DNA from: Pseudoalteromonas translucida KMM 520 | Lineage (GTDB): Bacteria; Pseudomonadota; Gammaproteobacteria; Enterobacterales; Alteromonadaceae | Reading direction: 5' to 3' | Assembly (NCBI RefSeq): GCF_001465295.1 | Contig: NZ_CP011034.1 | Coordinates: 2,580,001-2,612,000 of the forward strand | Length of the DNA stretch: 32,000 nt | Shown: positions 26,021 to 32,000 of the stretch, one piece after another | Numbering within the stretch: position 1 is the first letter of the stretch | Layout of the letters: every line of letters begins with the position of its first letter | Notes under the pieces: model-generated | Database searches by the model: none | Told to the model about the DNA's origin: nothing | Seen by the model: the letters and a program-made list of their open reading frames with translations, nothing else | Translations under genes and position numbers: made by a program

Positions 26021-26557
26021 ATGAGTTCAACAACGCAAGTTGCTACCTTTGGTGGCGGCTGTTTTTGGTGTATAGACGCCGCATTTAGACGAGTAAACGG
26101 CGTATTAAATGTAAGCTCAGGTTACACAGGTGGCAACACAGACACTCCTACCTATAAATCAGTATGCTCAGGCACTAGCGGCCATGCAGAAGTAGTGCAA
26201 ATTGAATTTGACGACACTATTATTAGTTTTGAAGTATTATTGGCAATGTTCTTTACTTTGCACGACGCTACCCAGCTCAACCGCCAAGGTAACGATATAG
26301 GCACGCAATACCGCAGTGTTGTGTATTATCACAATCAAACACAACTAACACTTACTAACGCGGTGATCGCTCAATTACAAAGCCATGTAAGCGAGCCGAT
26401 AGTAACCGAAGTTAGCCCTGCCACCACGTATTATCCGGCAGAGCATTACCACCAAGACTATTACAACGAAAATCCAAACCAAGGCTATTGCAGTATTTTA
26501 ATCGCCCCTAAACTACATAAATTCGAAACCGAATTTAAAGAGTTTTTAACTGGTTAA
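26021..26557 (+). CDS. msrA: Peptide-methionine (S)-S-oxide reductase
   Basis: 178 aa with the GGGCFWC active-site motif, plus GHAEVVQIEFD and QLNRQGNDIGTQYRS. SD GGAG is present. Confidence 0.95.
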   Translation: MSSTTQVATFGGGCFWCIDAAFRRVNGVLNVSSGYTGGNTDTPTYKSVCSGTSGHAEVVQIEFDDTIISFEVLLAMFFTLHDATQLNRQGNDIGTQYRSVVYYHNQTQLTLTNAVIAQLQSHVSEPIVTEVSPATTYYPAEHYHQDYYNENPNQGYCSILIAPKLHKFETEFKEFLTG

Positions 26558-26575
26558 ATCAATTTTGTAACGCAC

Positions 26576-26605
26576 AAAAAAGCTCGCTAATTTAGCGAGC
26601 TTTTA
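26576..26605. terminator. Bidirectional intrinsic terminator between msrA and btuB
   Basis: Hairpin GCTCGCT-AATTT-AGCGAGC is flanked by A6 and T4. Confidence 0.8.
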
Positions 26606-26627
26606 AGTTTAAACTACGTAGCACATA

Positions 26628-28466
26628 TTAAAACTGGTATGCCGCACCAATAAATAAGCGTCGGTCCGCGGTGTTATAGTAATAAAACTCATCATTTATA
26701 TAATCGCCATCTAAATCAACACCATAGGCATCAACTTCATCGTACTGCTTATCAAACAGGTTTTCGACCCGTAAAGAAAAGCTTAACTGCTCAGTTGCTT
26801 GATAGTTACCGACTAGGTTCCATAATGTATATGAAGATAAATCAGTTAATTTACCTTTTCTATCGCCACGATACTGCAAATCGATACCCGCATCAAAATC
26901 TCCCCACCCTTTATTTAAAGACCAGTTAAAGGTATTTTTTGATACATAAGCTAACTCTTGGCCCGTTTCTAAATCTTCTGCAGATAAGTAAGTGAAGTTA
27001 AATGCATGCTCAAAACCCATTAGCTGTTGCGAAAAGCTAAACTCAATGCCTTCATGGCGTGCTTCGTTTATATTTGTTGGCTGCCAAGGACCTGCAGGTG
27101 TTGGTGCCCAGGCTATTTTATTGTCAAAGTCATTACGGAAAATAGACACTTCTAAAGCAATATCTTGATAACTTAACAACAAACCTAATTCTTTATTTTC
27201 AGACGTTTCTGGTTTTAGCTCTGGGTTACCTGAACCTGGAAAATAAATATCATTAAAGGTAGGCGATTTAAAGCCCGTGCTTTGACTTGCTCTAAACGTA
27301 GCAAACTGATTTAAATGATAACCTACAGCTGCTGTATACGTGGTTTTATCACCAAATTGTTGGTCATGATCTTGGCGAACTGCGATATTAGCTAAAACCG
27401 TATTATCATCGTAATACGCACCTAAAAAGCCAGCAAAAACCTCACGGCTATCTTTATCATAATTACCTGCGTTGGTTTCTATTTTATCTTTGTACCAGTT
27501 CAAGCCACCATTAATATTAAGCTCATCTGAGACAATATACTGCCCAGTATAATCAATTTGATTTCGCTTAGTTTCGTACATACTAACCACACCTTCACTG
27601 GTGTTATCTTGGCTATCGCTAGAAAATGCGAGTGCTATATGGTGTATTTGATTTTCGTAGCTTTTATTCCACCCTAATGATACCTGATAGTTTTCAAAAT
27701 CATTACTTTCATCACTGCTGTCTGCTGCACTGTACTGGTTATCGTAACGAGCATAACCTTCGTTATACTGAGTTTGTACGGTTAGCTTGCCTAAATAGTC
27801 ATCGTTATAAGCGATATTGAAGCCAATATTTTTGTTCTCATAAGCGTCTTCATCTGGTGCATGGTTTTGCAGTACATCAAAACCATCGGTTTTTTCAATT
27901 CCAGCGTTAAATGATGCACTTAAATCATTTATATTTGTTCCACCCGCCACTTGGTAACTTTGATAAGCATTGCTGCCTAAAGTAGCATCTAAGCGAATAT
28001 TATCGGCTGTACGAGTGATAATATTAATCACCCCAGCTAAGGCATCTGAGCCATAAACAGCAGCGCGAGAACCTTTAACAACTTCAATACGCTCAATAGT
28101 GTTAAGTGCAATATTGCTAATGCCTTTATAGCCAAGAGTAGCCGAGCCAACTCTAACACCATCAATTAAAATAAGCGTATGGCGTGAACTTGAACCGCGT
28201 AGCGAAACACCTGAATTTTGGCCGAAGCCACCATTTGAGTTAATTTGAAAACCAGCTTGAGAAGCCAACAAACTAGGTAAATCTCGCACATTACTTTTTT
28301 CAATATCAGCACGGTCAATTACGCTAACACTGGCCAGCACATTACTAATAGGTTGTTCGAATTTATTAGCTGTAACGGTAATTTTTTCGATTGGTTGCAC
28401 TGTAGCAGATACTGTAAATGAAAGTGCAGCCGAAATTGCCACACCTAAAGCGGTTTTATTTAACAT
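26628..28466 (-). CDS. btuB: TonB-dependent outer-membrane vitamin B12 receptor
   Basis: It has a plug domain (TonB box region IEKITVTANKF) and a beta-barrel ending in the aromatic terminus ...GAAYQF. A cobalamin riboswitch lies directly upstream. I place the start at ATG 28466 (MLNKTALGVAISAALSFTVSA signal peptide, SD AGGGGA). The ORF-track TTG at 28520 would run into the riboswitch B12 box. Confidence 0.9.
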   Translation of the reverse strand: MLNKTALGVAISAALSFTVSATVQPIEKITVTANKFEQPISNVLASVSVIDRADIEKSNVRDLPSLLASQAGFQINSNGGFGQNSGVSLRGSSSRHTLILIDGVRVGSATLGYKGISNIALNTIERIEVVKGSRAAVYGSDALAGVINIITRTADNIRLDATLGSNAYQSYQVAGGTNINDLSASFNAGIEKTDGFDVLQNHAPDEDAYENKNIGFNIAYNDDYLGKLTVQTQYNEGYARYDNQYSAADSSDESNDFENYQVSLGWNKSYENQIHHIALAFSSDSQDNTSEGVVSMYETKRNQIDYTGQYIVSDELNINGGLNWYKDKIETNAGNYDKDSREVFAGFLGAYYDDNTVLANIAVRQDHDQQFGDKTTYTAAVGYHLNQFATFRASQSTGFKSPTFNDIYFPGSGNPELKPETSENKELGLLLSYQDIALEVSIFRNDFDNKIAWAPTPAGPWQPTNINEARHEGIEFSFSQQLMGFEHAFNFTYLSAEDLETGQELAYVSKNTFNWSLNKGWGDFDAGIDLQYRGDRKGKLTDLSSYTLWNLVGNYQATEQLSFSLRVENLFDKQYDEVDAYGVDLDGDYINDEFYYYNTADRRLFIGAAYQF

Positions 28467-28520
28467 GATGTCCCCTACCTTTGCCCACCGCAAAGATGTT
28501 AATAAGTAAGATAACTTCAA

Positions 28521-28692
28521 GGCCGGTCTCCGGACTCAGTCAACACTATAATAGCTGCTAATACTTTACCGTTGCGGGGGCAGTGTTGGGGTTGTTATCG
28601 TCTTGAAACGCACCAACTTCCCGATTATCTTGCTGTTAATTTCAATACTTTGAAACGTATACAAAGGTATTAAGCAAGCACCTTGAAAATAG
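28521..28692 (-). promoter_or_regulatory. Cobalamin (B12) riboswitch in the btuB leader
   Basis: The minus strand contains AAUCGGGAAGUUGGUGCG ... CACUGCCCCCGCAACGGUAAAG. The B12 box AGUCCGGAGACCGGCC is at 28521-28536. A further hairpin CUUUGC-GGUGG-GCAAAG (28479-28495) sits just 5' of the SD. Confidence 0.85.
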
Positions 28693-28698
28693 GTCGCT

Positions 28699-28727
28699 AT
28701 TGTGAGTATTTTGTTTACAAATGTCAA
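28699..28727 (-). promoter_or_regulatory. Candidate sigma70 promoter for the btuB riboswitch transcript
   Basis: The minus strand reads TTGACA-N17-CACAAT (-35 at 28722-28727, -10 at 28699-28704), directly upstream of the riboswitch. Confidence 0.5.
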
Positions 28728-28820
28728 TAGACGTCTATATAGCCAAACCTTGGTTCTTAACAATATAAACCCTCAACAATCAATGTAAAAGAGTTAAATT
28801 ACATATCACATTACTAATAG

Positions 28821-28859
28821 CAAAAAAGCCAAACCTCATTGCTGAGCTTGGCTTTTTTA
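28821..28859 (-). terminator. Intrinsic terminator downstream of yajQ
   Basis: Stem AGCCAA...TTGGCT with an inner CTCA/TGAG pairing is flanked by A6 and T6. Confidence 0.75.
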
Positions 28860-28875
28860 AAACAAATTTTTAAAA

Positions 28876-28899
28876 CTAGTCTCCTAGTCTCCTAATCTG
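28876..28899. repeat. Short tandem 8-mer (CTAGTCTC CTAGTCTC CTAATCTG)
   Basis: Read directly from the sequence. It lies between the yajQ stop codon and its terminator. Confidence 0.6.
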
Positions 28900-28904
28900 C
28901 CTTA

Positions 28905-29387
28905 TTAATCGCGGAAGTTTTTAAACTGAAATGGCTGGCCTAAATCGGCGCTGCGTACTACTTGCATAGCTTCTTGAAGATCATCTCGCTTTTTACCCGT
29001 TACGCGTACTTCTTCGCCTTGAATGGCGGCTTGTACTTTTACTTTTGAATCTTTAATGGCTTTAACTACTTTTTTAGCCATATCTTTTTCAATACCTTGC
29101 TTTAAACCAACGTTACGAAAAACATTTTTACCCGCACGGCTAATATCTTGCAATTCAAGGCTTGATACATCCATACCACGCTTAGAAATTTTACTCGCTA
29201 AAATATCAAATAATTGCATAACTTGAGAGTCAGCTTCGGCTTTAAGCTTAATTACTTTGTCATTTAGCTCAATCGATGCATCAACTCCTCTAAAGTCAAA
29301 GCGAGTTTCTAGTTCACGGTTTGCATTATCAACTGCGTTTCTAGCTTCGTTCATTTCTACTTCAGATACAATATCAAATGAAGGCAT
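28905..29387 (-). CDS. yajQ: YajQ-family nucleotide / cyclic-di-GMP-binding protein (UPF0234)
   Basis: 160 aa starting [34 protein letters not shown], which is diagnostic for YajQ. It neighbours panE and thiI, as in E. coli. Confidence 0.92.
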   Translation of the reverse strand: MPSFDIVSEVEMNEARNAVDNANRELETRFDFRGVDASIELNDKVIKLKAEADSQVMQLFDILASKISKRGMDVSSLELQDISRAGKNVFRNVGLKQGIEKDMAKKVVKAIKDSKVKVQAAIQGEEVRVTGKKRDDLQEAMQVVRSADLGQPFQFKNFRD

Positions 29388-29549
29388 TGGTTTCTCCTAA
29401 CTATTTAATCTTAATTTTATACTTAATTTATTAAAGCGATTATAACGCTAAAACTATAAATCTTTACACTTTTATGCATCTTGTTCAGGTGCGATACTAA
29501 ATTGACTTGCTATACTACGGTTTCTTTTTAAGCGATTTTAGGATTTGTT

Positions 29550-29900
29550 GTGACAAGGCGTGTTTATCAAGCAATTTTTTTAATTAGTATTGTGGTGTTT
29601 ACCTTTTTATTTGCGAAAGAAATAAAAGGGGTTGGCAACCTGTTTCCTCATGTTGATAAAGTAGCCCACTTTGGGATATTTTTCATCCTTGCCATAATAA
29701 TGGACAGAGCGTTTAAGCTTCCTTTGTACATGCAGATACTTTTACTTGCCAGCTATGGTGCATCAATTGAAATAATGCAAGGCACACTCCCTTACAGGCA
29801 AGCATCAATCGCAGATTTTATTGCAGATTTTGCCGGTGCAGCTAGCTACTTTATAATCAAAGCAATTTTAACCCCACGTAAAAAGAACTCTCATGGCTAA
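29550..29900 (+). CDS. VanZ-family small membrane protein
   Basis: 116 aa with four hydrophobic helices and a VanZ-like HVDKVAHFGIFFILA segment. The GTG start has AGGA 6 nt upstream. Confidence 0.72.
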   Translation: MTRRVYQAIFLISIVVFTFLFAKEIKGVGNLFPHVDKVAHFGIFFILAIIMDRAFKLPLYMQILLLASYGASIEIMQGTLPYRQASIADFIADFAGAASYFIIKAILTPRKKNSHG

Positions 29901-30795
29901 AATTCTTATTATTGGCGACGGCGCAATAGGCTTATTATTTGCCCACTTTTTAAGTGCGCAGCATAGTGTAAGCGTGTTAACCCGAAAAAGTACTAATAAC
30001 ACCCGCTTTTACAGTAGTGACAACAGTGCTTCACAAAAAATAAATGCCTCTTTTATTTCATTAAATGAGCTTAATAGCTTACCTAAATTTGATGTGTTTT
30101 TATTTACGGTAAAAGCTTTTCAGGTGCAAAGCGCATTTGCACAAGTAAAACAGTATTTGCCTCAGCATTGCTCTGTTGTGCTTTCGCATAACGGTATGGG
30201 CAATGTAGAACAGTTAAAATGTGAGCTTAATGAGCACCAAGCGCTTTATTTTTTAACGACCAGTATGGCTGGATTTAAATCAAACCAATATATAGTACAG
30301 CACACTGGTAATGGGCAAAGTGCAATTGGCGGATGCAATAGCTTAGGCCTTGAAAACAGCAAAATTATGGCGGATCAATTAACTGCAATCCCCCTTTTAA
30401 ATGTGTCTCAGAATATTGAGCAGCTACGTTTTAATAAGTTATTAGTTAACATAGCAATAAATCCGTTAAGTGCGCTACATAACATTAAAAATGGTCAGTT
30501 GCGCGAGCCTCAATATTGCTCAATTATAATTAACCTACTAACCGAAGCATGTAATATTGCTAAGGCAAAAAACCTTGATGTAACGTTAATCAATGCACTG
30601 AGCAGTGCGTATGATGTGATGACACGTACTGCAGAGAACTTCTCATCTATGCAGCAAGATGTTGCTCACAATAGAGCAACCGAAATAATGGCGATTTGTG
30701 GGTACATTAGCGAGCAAGGCAAGCTTTATAATATAAAAACCCCTTTTAACGATGAGCTTTTAGCTAAAATTGAAGCAAAAAAAAGCGCGGTATAA
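29893..30795 (+). CDS. panE: 2-dehydropantoate 2-reductase (ketopantoate reductase)
   Basis: It has an N-terminal Rossmann motif ILIIGDGAIG. FTVKAFQV, SHNGMG and KLLVNIAINPLSAL (active-site Lys region) parallel E. coli PanE. The start overlaps the vanZ stop (ATGGCTAA). Confidence 0.85.
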   Translation: MAKILIIGDGAIGLLFAHFLSAQHSVSVLTRKSTNNTRFYSSDNSASQKINASFISLNELNSLPKFDVFLFTVKAFQVQSAFAQVKQYLPQHCSVVLSHNGMGNVEQLKCELNEHQALYFLTTSMAGFKSNQYIVQHTGNGQSAIGGCNSLGLENSKIMADQLTAIPLLNVSQNIEQLRFNKLLVNIAINPLSALHNIKNGQLREPQYCSIIINLLTEACNIAKAKNLDVTLINALSSAYDVMTRTAENFSSMQQDVAHNRATEIMAICGYISEQGKLYNIKTPFNDELLAKIEAKKSAV

Positions 30796-30821
30796 ACCAC
30801 GCTATTTAATATCGTTAACTT

Positions 30822-32000
30822 TTACGGGCGATATACCTTTACTGTAGTAAAGCCTTGTTCGTGTAAAATAAGCGCTTGTAACTGGCTCATTACACCTCTA
30901 TCGCAATACAAGTAATAGTCTTTATCTTTTGGTAAATCACCAAACTTAGTTGCTAAGCGAAAAAACGGCAAATGCACCACTTCTATAGCGTCAATTTCCA
31001 GTGGTGCGGCTTCTTCTTCCTCTGGAGAGCGAATATCAATCACTACTGCACCGGCAGGCAAATCGGCAACCGACTCAGCTTCTTTTAGCTCCTGCTTAGC
31101 TTCTACATCAATATCACGCACATCCATTACTCGTGCGTTTTCTATTACAGTATTAAGAATATCAAAGTCGAACTTCTCTTCTTCTGCTTTAATTACTTCT
31201 ATTTTAGCTTTAACTGTTGGCTTTTTAGAAATAACACCACAGTATTCTGGCATCGTTTCGGCCATTTCGGCCGTACCAATTTGACGTGCAATATTAATAA
31301 TTTCTTGTTTATCGTGTTGAATTAACGGGCGCAAAATAAGAGTTTCGGTTACGCGGTCAATAACACTTAAATTTGCTAATGTTTGGCTAGAAACTTGACC
31401 AATACTTTCACCAGTTACCAAGGCTTGAATATTTAGTTTTTCGGCCACTTTACTGCCTGCGCGCATCATCATGCGTTTAAGCACCACACCCATTTGGCTG
31501 TTTTCAATATTTTCTAATATTTCTGCTACTACAGGTTCAAAATCAACGGTAATAAATTTAACTTTATGAGTTGAGCTGTATTTATTCCACAAGTAGTAGC
31601 TCGCTTGTTTAACACCAATTTCGTGTGCGGCGCCGCCTAAATTGAAAAACAAAAAGTGCGTACGAGCGCCTTTGCGGATCATTTGATAACTGGCTACACC
31701 CGAATCAAAACCGCCAGACATAAGCGATAACACATCTTCTTGTGTTGGCAGCGGGAAGCCTGCCATGCCTAGGTGTGTATGCGATACTATGTAGGCTTTC
31801 TCGTCTTTTATTTCAAGGCGTATTGTTACTTCTGGATGGCTTAGCTTTACGCTTGCACCGGCAACATGCTGATTTAGTCCACCGCCCACATAACGCTCTA
31901 ACTCCGTTGAAGTAAAGTCATGCTTACCAATACGTTTAGCGCGTACACAAAACGTTTTACCTTCAATGGTGTGACCAACTAATTCAATGGTTTTTTTATA
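30822..32000 (-). CDS. thiI: tRNA 4-thiouridine(8) synthase ThiI with a C-terminal rhodanese domain (N-terminus outside the window)
   Basis: The frame is open to nt 32000. The PP-loop SGGFDS and the rhodanese catalytic Cys in YCDRGVMS are present. The upstream in-frame sequence continues as the THUMP region. Confidence 0.93.
   Translation of the reverse strand, partial: YKKTIELVGHTIEGKTFCVRAKRIGKHDFTSTELERYVGGGLNQHVAGASVKLSHPEVTIRLEIKDEKAYIVSHTHLGMAGFPLPTQEDVLSLMSGGFDSGVASYQMIRKGARTHFLFFNLGGAAHEIGVKQASYYLWNKYSSTHKVKFITVDFEPVVAEILENIENSQMGVVLKRMMMRAGSKVAEKLNIQALVTGESIGQVSSQTLANLSVIDRVTETLILRPLIQHDKQEIINIARQIGTAEMAETMPEYCGVISKKPTVKAKIEVIKAEEEKFDFDILNTVIENARVMDVRDIDVEAKQELKEAESVADLPAGAVVIDIRSPEEEEAAPLEIDAIEVVHLPFFRLATKFGDLPKDKDYYLYCDRGVMSQLQALILHEQGFTTVKVYRP

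Noticed and set aside
28467-28520. 18-codon N-terminal extension of btuB from the TTG at 28520
   Set aside because: The extension would start directly at the B12 box and cross the SD-proximal hairpin. The ATG at 28466 has a good SD and yields a canonical signal peptide.
28566-28763. 65-aa minus-strand ORF upstream of btuB
   Set aside because: It overlaps the btuB promoter and the conserved core of the cobalamin riboswitch. The region is better explained as a structured leader RNA.
1-32000. Looked for mobile-element hallmarks (integrase or transposase ORFs, tRNA-flanked island borders, long direct or inverted repeats, CRISPR-like spaced repeats) and for a compositional break around 18.2-21.5 kb
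   Set aside because: None were found. Spot GC counts in the 18-21.5 kb block (about 37-38%) are only marginally below those in putA (about 42%). The flanking E. coli-like micro-synteny argues for core chromosome. A proper sliding-window GC and codon-usage calculation would be needed to be sure.

Overview
This 32 kb window looks like a core-chromosome segment of a low-GC (about 40% by eye) marine gammaproteobacterium. Alteromonadales or Pseudoalteromonas-like is my inference, not a search result. I call 25 protein-coding genes (two truncated by the window edges), about ten intrinsic terminators, one cobalamin riboswitch with its promoter, and a few weak regulatory candidates. I found no rRNA, tRNA, CRISPR array, transposase, integrase or phage gene.

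Most genes are housekeeping and keep E. coli-like micro-synteny: hemL-mrcB, glnK-amtB, ygiF-ygiM and yajQ-panE-thiI. The rest are a putR-like regulator with putA, an RND efflux pair, msrA and btuB.

The only stretch that known biology does not explain is a same-strand (minus) six-gene envelope block at 16027-21549. In order it encodes a 2-TM protein, a small soluble protein, a PKD-repeat/DUF1566 lipoprotein, a small secreted DUF1566 protein, a minimal ExeA-like ATPase with no periplasmic domain, and a GspB-like protein with a long Q/N-rich periplasmic linker. The only two G/C homopolymers longer than 5 nt that I found by eye in the window (G8 and G7 on the coding strand) both sit at the 5' ends of genes in this block. 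That pattern suggests slipped-strand phase variation. This block is my best candidate for an undescribed system, but the functional link between its genes is inference only.

Secondary observations: three dispersed c-di-GMP-related genes (REC-REC-GGDEF without an I-site, HD-GYP, YajQ); an NtrC-like palindrome that doubles as a terminator upstream of glnK-amtB; and a B12 riboswitch that shows the longest btuB ORF is over-extended.
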